Of a stretch of 41,694 nt of DNA, positions 9,128 to 18,466 are shown one piece after another. Under the pieces are notes generated by a model. That model searched no databases, had not been told where the DNA came from, and saw nothing but the letters and a program-made list of their open reading frames with translations. This stretch comes from a virus (lineage: Duplodnaviria; Heunggongvirae; Uroviricota; Caudoviricetes): IMG/VR virus record IMGVR_UViG_2529292985_000032; one strand, given 5' to 3'. The translations under genes were made by a program, and so were the position numbers. The first letter of the stretch is position 1. Each line of letters opens with the position of its first letter.

Positions 9128-9150
9128 ATTTAAAGGCCGCGAAAGCGGCC
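9126..9150. terminator. Hairpin GGCCGC-GAAA-GCGGCC between convergent genes
   Basis: Perfect 6-bp stem with GAAA tetraloop; T/A-rich run only on the minus-strand side (TTTAAATTT). Confidence 0.4.
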
Positions 9151-9165
9151 TGTGGCATGTCACGC

Positions 9166-9312
9166 TCACGTTATGACAAACCTATGTACCCTGGCTACAC
9201 CAGATAATATCAAAACAACTGCAACAGCAAATTCACCATCACCAATGATACATTTACGGTTCATAACGCCAAGTGCAACAAGCGCAAACAAAACAAGAAT
9301 AAAAGCAATCAT
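9166..9312 (-). CDS. Small hydrophobic protein (48 aa, two hydrophobic segments), not in ORF track
   Basis: ATG 9312 preceded by AAGGGTGAG; translation MIAFILVLFALVALGVMNRKCIIGDGEFAVAVVLILSGVARVHRFVIT; stop at 9166-9168. Confidence 0.4.
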   Translation of the reverse strand: MIAFILVLFALVALGVMNRKCIIGDGEFAVAVVLILSGVARVHRFVIT

Positions 9313-9321
9313 TTCTCACCC

Positions 9322-11106
9322 TTATTGCGGAGTGACATCCTGCGGTCGCCACCAGTATGTCTGGTTAAACTCTTTCTTCGAACGTTGCTCCATTTTACGC
9401 AAATAGCCTGGTGAAAAATACTCCTGCATCTGGTTAAAGATCATATGATCGAGAGCCGCCTTCAAGTACCAGAGATTCGCACCTGGCATCAGCCCCTTCC
9501 CAAGCTTAACCAGATCACCACCAGTCTGCTCATTCTTCCCTTCCACAGCATTTAACGGTATGCCCTGAGCAATCTTCACTACGTCATCAACCAGACCAGC
9601 TACCGGGCCAAACATCGACGCCAGCGCGCCGCTTCCGTACCTCGTGTGATCTGACAATAAAAAGTCACCGTAAAGGCCAAGACCACCACCTTTCAGCAGA
9701 GCACCAAGCCAAAATTTAGCAGCATCTTCTCCTGTCATCTCTCGAGGATTACGACCAGACGCAAGGTCGTTAAGTTGCTGCGACAAAGCGCCAAGAATGG
9801 TCGTACTGGCAATAAACGTCGCAATATATGCCGCACGCCCACCAGCAGACGGCATACCCATAGCGCGTGACCAGTGACGCATAACCACCGAGATAGGGAA
9901 CGATTTAAACAGGAAAACACTTCTCGTTAATTCACCTTTCCATGTTCCACGCTGAATACCAGAACCGGTTATCAGTTGCTCACGTGCTCCCGGTGTAATA
10001 ACAGCCATATCAACTTCTTCAGTTACGGCACCGAGCAGTTTACGCATTGCCTCAAATTTCACCCGTTCAGGCTCACCAAGATGTTTAACTGCTAAATCAG
10101 GGATACGCATAATGCTTTCCGGTGTCAGCATCGTATTATTACCGTTCCCCCAGTCCTCCTGTTGCGCCAGCTTCCATACGCTCCAGTCTGTGTCAGTAAT
10201 CCCTTTGCTTTTCAGGATACGAAAATCAGAGTCATCGAGGCTACGAAGGTCTGGTGTCCGTGACACTACTTCTCCCAGGCTTCCCATCATAGTTACGCCA
10301 TAGGCGCGCTTGTGCGCATCTGACCATGCTGTAAGCCCACTGGCACGCATTACCGCCGTTGCCGCCCAACGAGACACAGACGGCCCCATATTATCCATCG
10401 CCCAGCGGTTAACGCTGCCAAGTAGAGATTCCATCGCCAGACCAGCTCGGCGCGCCCGCGCAAGCTCAGTACGGTTCGTTGGGTCCATAGCTTCAAGCTG
10501 GTTGCGGAATAACTGGTTCATTGGAAGGTTGGTAACCTTCGCAGACAGATACATGGTTCCAAGATCAGAGAACGATGACAGCAACGCGGATCCGAGTCTG
10601 CTGGCAACCAGCCAGTTGCGGATATTGTCAGACCATCGCGCGATGTGCGGATTCGCTACAGGCTGTGTCTTTCCGGAAATAAAGTTGTACAGATTCTCTG
10701 TGTTGTTCGCCAGCCGCTCGACTTTACCGGTTTTACTCGGGTTAGCTGTTGCCGTTTCTGCCTTAACCTGATCAAGAAGGGAGCGGAAAACATGATCGGG
10801 GTTTGGACCATATGTTTCCACCAGTGCAATATCTTTACTGATACCTTCCAGGTGACCGACCATGATTTCCCATAGAGAGCGATCGCCATAAAGTTGCTGA
10901 TATTGCAGATAGGAATCTGCATCTTTGAAATGTATCTGTCGTGATGCATTACCACGGTTAGCACGTGCGCCGGAAATTCGCATTCCGGTATCAGTAAGCT
11001 TATTCAGCCCACCAGTAGCGATCGTGTTATAAGCCTCTCCAAGAAATGCAGACAACTCGGCATCGTTCATCAGTTGTCCATCGGCTCGGATATAATATTT
11101 GCGATC
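9322..11106 (-). pseudogene. C-terminal fragment of a large internal virion protein gene split by IS2
   Basis: Track ORF 9322..11133; its first 9 codons (MSGNIGANP) lie inside the IS2 terminus; native reading frame continues from the N-fragment across the target duplication. Confidence 0.7.
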
Positions 11107-11117
11107 TGGATTTGCCC

Positions 11118-12023
11118 CTATATTTCCAGACATCTGTTATCACTTAACCCATTACAAGCCCGCTGCCGCAGATATTCCCGTGGCGAGCGATAACCCAGCG
11201 CACTATGCGGATGCCATTCGTTATAATGCTCGAACGCCTCTGCAAGGTTCTTTGCTGCCGTTAACCCGTCTGGTTTGGGCATGATACTGATGTAGTCACG
11301 CTTTATCGTTTTCACGAAGCTCTCTGCTATTCCGTTACTCTCCGGACTCCGCACCGCCGTGTTCTTCGGTTCAAGTCCCAACATCCGGGCGAACTGGCGT
11401 GTTTCATTAGCCCGGTAGCATGAACCATTATCCGTCAGCCACTCCACTGGAGACGACGGAAGATCGTTGCCGAAGCGGCGTTCCACCGCTCCCAGCATGA
11501 CGTCCTGTACTGTTTCACTGTTGAAGCCGCCGGTAGTCACCGCCCAGTGCAGTGCCTCACGATCACAGCAGTCCAGCGCGAACGTGACACGCAGTCTCTC
11601 TCCGTTATCACAGCAGAACTCGAACCCGTCAGAGCACCATCGCTGATTGCTTTCTTTCACGGCCACTCTGCCTGTATGTGCCCGTTTCGATGGTGGTACA
11701 GCAGGTTTTCGCTCAAGCAACAGCGCATTCTGGCGCATGATCCGGTAAACACGTTTGGCATTGATCGCAGGCATACCATCAAGTTCTGCCTGTCTGCGAA
11801 GCAGCGCCCATACCCGACGATAACCATACGTGGGCAGCTCTCCGATAACATGGTGTATACGGAGAAGCACATCCGTATCATCAGTGTGACGACTGCGGCG
11901 GCCATCCATCCAGTCATCGGTTCGTCTGAGAATGACGTGCAACTGCGCACGCGACACCCGGAGACAACGGCTGACTAAGCTTACTCCCCATCCCCGGGCA
12001 ATAAGGGCGCGTGCGCTATCCAC
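11118..12023 (-). CDS. insD: IS2 transposase OrfB (InsD), DDE catalytic domain; made as OrfAB fusion by -1 frameshift
   Basis: 301-aa ORF overlapping insC in the -1 frame; integrase-core-like sequence. Confidence 0.85.
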
Positions 12024-12391
12024 TTTTTTGCCCGTCCATATTCAACGGCTTCTTTGAGGAGTTCATTTTCCATCGTTTTCTTGCCGAGCAGGCGCTGGAG
12101 TTCTTTAATCTGCTTCATGGCGGCAGCAAGTTCAGAGGCAGGAACAACCTGTTCTCCGGCGGCCACAGCAGTAAGACTTCCTTCCTGGTATTGCTTACGC
12201 CAGAGAAATAACTGGCTGGCTGCTACACCATGTTGCCGGGCAACGAGGGAGACCGTCATCCCCGGTTCAAAGCTCTGCTGAACAATTGCGATCTTTTCCT
12301 GTGTGGTACGCCGTCTGCGTTTCTCCGGCCCTAAGACATCAATCATCTGTACTCCAATGACTAGTCTAAAAACTAGTATTAAGACTATCAC
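11981..12391 (-). CDS. insC: IS2 transposase OrfA (InsC)
   Basis: 136-aa HTH protein [26 protein letters not shown]... recognised as IS2 InsC. Confidence 0.9.
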
Positions 12392-12437
12392 TTATTTAAG
12401 TGATACTGGTTGTCTGGAGATTCAGGGGGCCAGTCTA

Positions 12438-13132
12438 CGATCCAGCTTACCTATAACATCGCTAACCCACTTATCCTTTGATACCGCCCCAACCTTTTCC
12501 ATAGAATGATGTTGAGGGATCCCCCAGTTTTCGAGATAGCCAATGTCCCCACCAGCATCATTAAACCGGCGGCGCAGTAGCTCTGTCACTTCTCTCCACG
12601 CCTTAGCACCTTTTCTTGCTTTAGCATTGCCAGTATTTTGCCCCCGCATTTCATATACCAGGTCACGTACGCCCGCTTCATCTTCAAACAGACCAAAAAA
12701 GCGAGGATCAACTGCTTCGAATGCCTCCTGCAATTGACTCAATGCATACTCACGGGTGGCTTTTGTTCTGGATTCAACAGAGAGGAAATTCGATTTACCG
12801 TCTGCATTAAAAGCAATAGTACGGTTAAGAGCGCCAAGTTTCCCATCAGCCCCTTGATAGCTATTGATAAATTTATCCAATCTCTGACGTGCGGCTATAG
12901 TGAGGGCCACACGACGTTTCTTTAATGCCGCTTCTCGCTGTAATTCTTCAGATGCCAATTGTGCTGCACGATATAGCCGCTCTGATTCGGAAAGTTGTCT
13001 CCACGACATCGTGTCATCACGAGCAATGGAGCGCATATTTCGATAAATGCGGTCTTCAATGTTCTGTATTTCTCGCGCCGTTAACGTGCGCTGCGCCGCC
13101 TGCTGGACCGCTTGTATACATTCCTGTCTCAT
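12438..13132 (-). pseudogene. N-terminal fragment of the IS2-split internal virion protein gene
   Basis: Track ORF 12422..13132; the last residues (LAP-stop) are IS2-derived; reconstructed intact gene would encode about 830 aa. Confidence 0.7.
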
Positions 13133-13137
13133 TTAAT

Positions 13138-14940
13138 TTAACCTCTCAAGAAACACGCCACAGCGACATCAAACAGGCTGGAATCCTGTATTGCCTGCTC
13201 ACTTTCCCTGTTCGCTTCATCCAGTACTTCACGCGCGCTGCGCGATTGTGGATTACCATCATCATCCAGCACGGTGATTATCATGTCCGGAGATTCAAGC
13301 AGCGAGTCTTCAGCTATACGCAGATCAATATCTCCTGCCGGATCTGCCATCATTTTTTGTTCTGTCTGTTGCAATATCTTACCGGGCTCAAAAGGAGCTA
13401 CTTCGTCTGGCGTCCTGACCTCTGCTGTTTTATAGAATGAAACAGCCTGAGCATTAAGTTCACTTTCTGCCTGCTGTCGCCGTGCCAGTTCTGCTCGAGC
13501 TTCAAAAAACTGACCGCCAGGCTCATGCGGTGCCAACGCGTTACGGGAAAATTCCAGGCGTTCTTGTGCCTGCCGGATTCGTTGGTCAATATCGCGAAGT
13601 CTGGCCTGTTTATCTGATCGAGCACGAGATAAAGCCTTACCGCTACCGGTTGGCTCTTCTGCAAGAATTTGTGCGCGCTGTTCAGTGAGATTTTCAATAA
13701 TTCGTTGGCTATTAGCGATTTCAGACTGGTAAACCTGTCTATCGCCACGCGGCAAAAGCTGCGCGGCCTGTTCTTCAAGCAACCGATTTTCTATAGCGCG
13801 CGCCGTTACTCCATCATCTACAGATGACAGAGCCTCATTAACTGCCTGAGACAGCAGACTCTTGCGCCCAGGAATTTCACTGAAAGATGCAGACTCAACA
13901 ATGCTGGCAACGTCTACAGGTCTCCCCTGGCTAACATCAGACATGGCTTTTCGCAGAGCCTGAATGTGCGAATTACGCGAAAGCACGTTGATCGGAACGC
14001 CGGGAGCAATATCAATTTCAGCATGATGAGCGGCATTCGCCGCCAGTGCAGCATCGATATCAACTGGTGAAAAATTTGGTGCGCTTGTAGGCTCGCCGCG
14101 AGAGTTAATAAATCTGCCGACACCACCAAACACCACCCCAAGAACAGCATCAATAGCAATTGCCTGTCGATCCAACACATCATACTGGTTAGCCATTTCG
14201 CTATAGCCACCATCACGAAGCGTTTTTGCAGTAAGCCCACGCTGTGCCATACCGAACGCAATATTTGTACCTGCGGCATAGGCAATATCTGGCGTTGCAC
14301 GTACTGCTGTTGCTGCGGCGCGTCGCACTGAACTTTCACCCGTCCGCGCAAGCTGAGCCGCCACACCTTCCGCCAGCGCACCACCAGCACGTAACCCGAG
14401 GCTCATAGGGATCAGTGTTCCGGCACCAGCAGTAATACCCTGCACTAATCCCGCTTCCTGCGCCGTCCTGAAATCAACACCCTGTGCTGTCAGCCGTTCA
14501 AACTCAGAAAAACCCTGTAGAGAAGTTACCGCCGCAGCACCTCCGACCGGACCACCGAGCGTTGTACCGACAACAGCCTGCCCGCCCATATCGAACAACC
14601 CATAAAGAACCTGCCCGGCGGTTCCGGTTGTCGCGGCATCAGGCGTCAGCCGCTTAACCTGCTGCTCTGCTAGTTTTCTCTGCTCAGCAATGTATGAAAC
14701 TGAAGTGTCATTGAGCGAGGTGTTTTCGTTAACAAACTGAGCAATCGGGGATACGATTTTATCCATCCCTGCCCATAGCAACTGATCTGGCTTTGCCACC
14801 AGCCCGGAGTACAAACCAGACAATGCCGCTCCTACAGCGTTGTCGAAAAAACCAACATCGCTGTTAAAGCCAGCTGGATTTGATGCTGCTTCGTCAAGCT
14901 GCTGATTCTGGTTTACTGGATTAAGGCCAAAGTAACTCAT
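13138..14940 (-). CDS. Large internal virion (ejection/core) protein
   Basis: 600 aa, Ala/Gly-rich, in the run of large genes between tail tubular genes and tailspike; position-based call. Confidence 0.55.
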   Translation of the reverse strand: MSYFGLNPVNQNQQLDEAASNPAGFNSDVGFFDNAVGAALSGLYSGLVAKPDQLLWAGMDKIVSPIAQFVNENTSLNDTSVSYIAEQRKLAEQQVKRLTPDAATTGTAGQVLYGLFDMGGQAVVGTTLGGPVGGAAAVTSLQGFSEFERLTAQGVDFRTAQEAGLVQGITAGAGTLIPMSLGLRAGGALAEGVAAQLARTGESSVRRAAATAVRATPDIAYAAGTNIAFGMAQRGLTAKTLRDGGYSEMANQYDVLDRQAIAIDAVLGVVFGGVGRFINSRGEPTSAPNFSPVDIDAALAANAAHHAEIDIAPGVPINVLSRNSHIQALRKAMSDVSQGRPVDVASIVESASFSEIPGRKSLLSQAVNEALSSVDDGVTARAIENRLLEEQAAQLLPRGDRQVYQSEIANSQRIIENLTEQRAQILAEEPTGSGKALSRARSDKQARLRDIDQRIRQAQERLEFSRNALAPHEPGGQFFEARAELARRQQAESELNAQAVSFYKTAEVRTPDEVAPFEPGKILQQTEQKMMADPAGDIDLRIAEDSLLESPDMIITVLDDDGNPQSRSAREVLDEANRESEQAIQDSSLFDVAVACFLRG

Positions 14941-17450
14941 TGCGGAATATCTCCGGAGAATCTCTGACGCTTCTGTGTCAGATTAAGAACAACGGGAGAA
15001 CCATCATCTTTCAGCAGATAACCAGTACCAAGTTTCACCAGGTACTGACTATCGCCGTAACTTTGCAAACCATACTGACCAGGCGGTGTTTTTATCCCGG
15101 TGCCGACAACTTGTTCATTCCAAGCCTGATTAACCTGCTTATCGAATTGCTCTGCAGACATTCCCCACGGCAAAAGGACATTCCCCATTCCGTTATAGTC
15201 ATGCACGCCACCTGTAGCTACGTTAACAGCCTGTTTCCAGATATCAGTGTCAATTTCGCCTGATATCACGCCTTTTTTCGCCATCACACCAGCGTAATAG
15301 TCCTTTGCGATCTCGTATGCCATTGATGCCCCCTGAGCATCACCAGCAAATGCATCCTTCACCATGTCAGAAAACTCAAGGCGAAGATCAGCATCTTTAG
15401 GCATCGGAATACCTTTCGCATCATCAGTACCTTTACGAGCCGCCGCGCCAGCAAGAATTGTCTGCGCAGCGGTTTCAGGAGACACGGAAACATCCGGATT
15501 AAACCAGTTTGTTTCTGCCAAAATACCACCAGGCTTGTCCATCAGTATCCCGGCAACGGCAGCAGATGGAGCGTTGGCACTGATCTGCTGTAGTGCTGAC
15601 ATATACACCTGCCCACCACCAGTGCTCTGCCTGATGGTATCGAGATATGCTGCCTGTTGGGAAACTGGAGCATCACGAAAGAAAACACCGATCTGATTGG
15701 CCTCGTCTTTGGAAAAGAACGTCAGTGGAGTGCCATATGACTTAGCAAGGTCACTGATCTGAGCGGCACGCAAGGCAACGCTCTGTCCAAAGTTATCCTT
15801 ATTGCTCATGTCGATAGGCTTTGCCTGTCCGGAGGCAAGAGAGAACTGCACAGGATCCGACTGCCGCTGCTTTATCACCTGATTTGCAGCCGAAACAACG
15901 TTGTCATAAAGAGCTGCGCGAGACGCATAACCCTCTCCTGTCTCACCAGTATCCGGGCGTAATTGCTCAACATATGCGGTAATGCTGCTTGTCGGCATGT
16001 TGCGGAAAGAGCCTATATACTGTCCGGCGATCTGCGTATTTCTGAACTCGGTATATCGCAGGTTTCCTTCTCTGACGCCATAAGCTGCAATAAAATCATC
16101 CTCACCAGGTGGGTTAGGAAATTCAACGCCACGCATATACGCAGCCGTCGCATCGCGAACCTTGCTGTCAATTATCGTTTTATATTCAGCCTGCTGCTGC
16201 CGACGCAGTTGATCCGCCTGTCGCATAAAACTTGCCTGAGCCTCAGGAGATGCCGCATCGAATGCTGCATTACCGGTATAGCGTTTGGTGTTGGTTGGAA
16301 TTGTTGATAAACCAAGTGCTGCACTGACACCAGCAGTTAACTGCTGATCACTGTATGGCTGGCTACCGTTCTCATGATGGATAATGGCTGCACAAAGCGC
16401 CTTCAGGGTATCAGGATTAGATGCATCGAGAGGATCATCAGCAGAAACGCCAAGTTGTTCGCACACTGCTTTGATATACGACATAGTATCATTTTTATCA
16501 GTAGGCGGTGCCCAGCGATTAATTATCTCGCTGACGGTATCAATACCCTGCCTCTGATACGACATCAGGTTTCGCCCTAATGCACGAATCCCGTGTTCAG
16601 GTGTTTCGAATTTAGCAAATCGACCATCATCACCGGTCTGGCCTACCCACGGATTAGTTTTGCTGTATTCGAGATTTCCTGGGTTATTGTTGCGTATGCC
16701 ACGGGCACGCTCGGAAGAGTCACTATCTGCTACAGCACGGCGAGCTCCAGCAGCAGTATCACTTAACTCGCCATTACTTTGGATGAATGCGGTCGCATTG
16801 TTTGCCGACCACTGGGACAATGCGGCATCAGCAACCTTCTCTTTAAACTCGATTTTCTTGGCCTGGATTTGCTCGTCGCTCCAGCCATGCGCAATGCCGT
16901 AATCCTCAATTTGCTGGAAAGTTTGCTTATTAGCCAATACATATGCGGCATTGTCGCCATACAATGCTGCGGCATTTTTACCATTATTCAGCAGCGTCGC
17001 CTGAAACTGACCTTCTTCGTAGGCATTAATTTGCCCTATCTCGTGCCGCCCGGCCTGCGTAGTGAACTGAATGCGCTGCTGCTGCGCCTGCTGCATGAAA
17101 GCATTACGAGTCTGTTCATCCGGCAGCGACATAGCCAGTTGCTCGACCTGGGCATCAAACTGCTGCGTATACTCCTGACCTTTTCCAATAGCATTTTTCC
17201 CTTTCAGGTTAAGCAAACCTGTTTCAGGGTTATTCAGCAGATCGCTGCTTATCTGGCTTAAGCTAAGAGAAGCATCCTGAGCCATAGCAACATTCGCACG
17301 CTGTTTTGCCTGCGCAATAATACCTGCATATTGCTCTGCAACATCGCCAAGTACATCACCGACATTTGGTGTCTGAAACGATGAGAATCCCTGCGTCGAA
17401 ATCCCTCTGCTCTGAACCTGACGGCCCGATGTTGTTGGTACAACTGGCAT
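14937..17450 (-). CDS. Large internal virion (ejection/core) protein
   Basis: 837 aa; translationally coupled to neighbours; position-based call. Confidence 0.55.
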   Translation of the reverse strand: MPVVPTTSGRQVQSRGISTQGFSSFQTPNVGDVLGDVAEQYAGIIAQAKQRANVAMAQDASLSLSQISSDLLNNPETGLLNLKGKNAIGKGQEYTQQFDAQVEQLAMSLPDEQTRNAFMQQAQQQRIQFTTQAGRHEIGQINAYEEGQFQATLLNNGKNAAALYGDNAAYVLANKQTFQQIEDYGIAHGWSDEQIQAKKIEFKEKVADAALSQWSANNATAFIQSNGELSDTAAGARRAVADSDSSERARGIRNNNPGNLEYSKTNPWVGQTGDDGRFAKFETPEHGIRALGRNLMSYQRQGIDTVSEIINRWAPPTDKNDTMSYIKAVCEQLGVSADDPLDASNPDTLKALCAAIIHHENGSQPYSDQQLTAGVSAALGLSTIPTNTKRYTGNAAFDAASPEAQASFMRQADQLRRQQQAEYKTIIDSKVRDATAAYMRGVEFPNPPGEDDFIAAYGVREGNLRYTEFRNTQIAGQYIGSFRNMPTSSITAYVEQLRPDTGETGEGYASRAALYDNVVSAANQVIKQRQSDPVQFSLASGQAKPIDMSNKDNFGQSVALRAAQISDLAKSYGTPLTFFSKDEANQIGVFFRDAPVSQQAAYLDTIRQSTGGGQVYMSALQQISANAPSAAVAGILMDKPGGILAETNWFNPDVSVSPETAAQTILAGAAARKGTDDAKGIPMPKDADLRLEFSDMVKDAFAGDAQGASMAYEIAKDYYAGVMAKKGVISGEIDTDIWKQAVNVATGGVHDYNGMGNVLLPWGMSAEQFDKQVNQAWNEQVVGTGIKTPPGQYGLQSYGDSQYLVKLGTGYLLKDDGSPVVLNLTQKRQRFSGDIPQ

Positions 17451-17462
17451 CTTATTATCCCC

Positions 17463-18002
17463 TTATCGACCGGTTGGAGTGCCAACAGCAGCAGAAATCG
17501 GCGCAGCCTTCTGAGAGAATGGGCTCCACGTTCCTCCGCCCATCTGGTATGCACCGTATGCTTTTAGTGGTGCCGTTAACAAAGTGCTGGTCATCGATGA
17601 TTTAGCAGCCGACTGAGCAGCAGCCCCCTGTGCCTGAGCATTCATTCCCTGAACCTGATACCCATATGCCTCACGCTGAGCATTATTCACTGTCGTTAAC
17701 GCATCAAGAGTGCCGAACTGAGCATTATCCGCAAAAACGTCAAGAGCTGTTCCGCTACTTAATTCCGCACCGGTAGCCCCCATAGTGGCCGCCGCAGTGC
17801 CTGAGCGTTGACGCATTTCACGACGACGCTGATCCGCTTCAATATTCCCACGATTGATTGAATCCTGTGCCTGAGCTTCAGCAATTTCAGTATTCCGATC
17901 AGCTATGGCTGACTGGTATTTTGCCTGCTTGCTCTGGCTGTACATTGACGCGGCTGTGGATGCCACTGTGACGGCAACCAAAGCGATGGCTGGGTTACAC
18001 AT
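17463..18002 (-). CDS. Virion protein of unknown function
   Basis: 179 aa, N-terminal hydrophobic segment, Ala/Gln-rich; inside structural operon. Confidence 0.5.
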   Translation of the reverse strand: MCNPAIALVAVTVASTAASMYSQSKQAKYQSAIADRNTEIAEAQAQDSINRGNIEADQRRREMRQRSGTAAATMGATGAELSSGTALDVFADNAQFGTLDALTTVNNAQREAYGYQVQGMNAQAQGAAAQSAAKSSMTSTLLTAPLKAYGAYQMGGGTWSPFSQKAAPISAAVGTPTGR

Positions 18003-18466
18003 TATTTTCTCTCCATGTGAAATCTGTGGAAATTAAGACCAAGAGCACCATAAGGCGCGGCTTCTTCAAGCCTGAATCCAAGCCAGTGCAGCCATGCTTT
18101 GGCAACATGGTTTCGCTCGTCGACGTAGTTTTCCAGGCGCGGATAAACTGCCAGCATCTGCTGCAATACAGGGCGGCAGTGGCGAAGAAATGTCTTCTGA
18201 TATTTTTCAATACGGCTGGTTCCGACCAGCCAGGGCGTACCATTGCCACCAATCATTGACGCCGGAGATACACCAAACATGGTTACCAGTTCTCCGTTTG
18301 CAAATCCTGACCAGGCCATGGTCGCAGTGCGCAGACCAACACGCAGCGCATCTTCGGTAGTCATCAGCGATACAGCATACAGTTCGTCAATATCAGCCTG
18401 ACGAACATCCGGCAAAATCATCTGAAGATGCTCTTCGGTTGCGGGAATAATTTGAACATCGATCAT
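18002..18466 (-). CDS. Hypothetical structural-module protein
   Basis: 154 aa; start overlaps upstream stop. Confidence 0.5.
   Translation of the reverse strand: MIDVQIIPATEEHLQMILPDVRQADIDELYAVSLMTTEDALRVGLRTATMAWSGFANGELVTMFGVSPASMIGGNGTPWLVGTSRIEKYQKTFLRHCRPVLQQMLAVYPRLENYVDERNHVAKAWLHWLGFRLEEAAPYGALGLNFHRFHMERK

Larger units (their letters stand above)
11107..12437 (-). mobile_element. IS2 (IS3 family) insertion sequence, 1331 bp, flanked by 5-bp direct repeat CGATC
   Basis: Termini TGGATTTGCCCC... and ...GGCCAGTCTA recognised as IS2 ends; two overlapping transposase ORFs; CGATC at 11102-11106 and 12438-12442. Confidence 0.9.

Noticed and set aside
9152-9406. 84-aa plus-strand ORF
   Set aside because: Overlaps the terminator hairpin and the better-supported 48-aa minus-strand gene and the end of the large virion gene; no ribosome-binding site.
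13398-17261. Numerous 60-160-aa ORFs on either strand inside the large internal-virion genes (for example 13398..13778, 13914..14390, 15364..15696, 16779..17261)
   Set aside because: Fully contained within long, translationally coupled structural genes; compositionally biased products typical of shadow ORFs.
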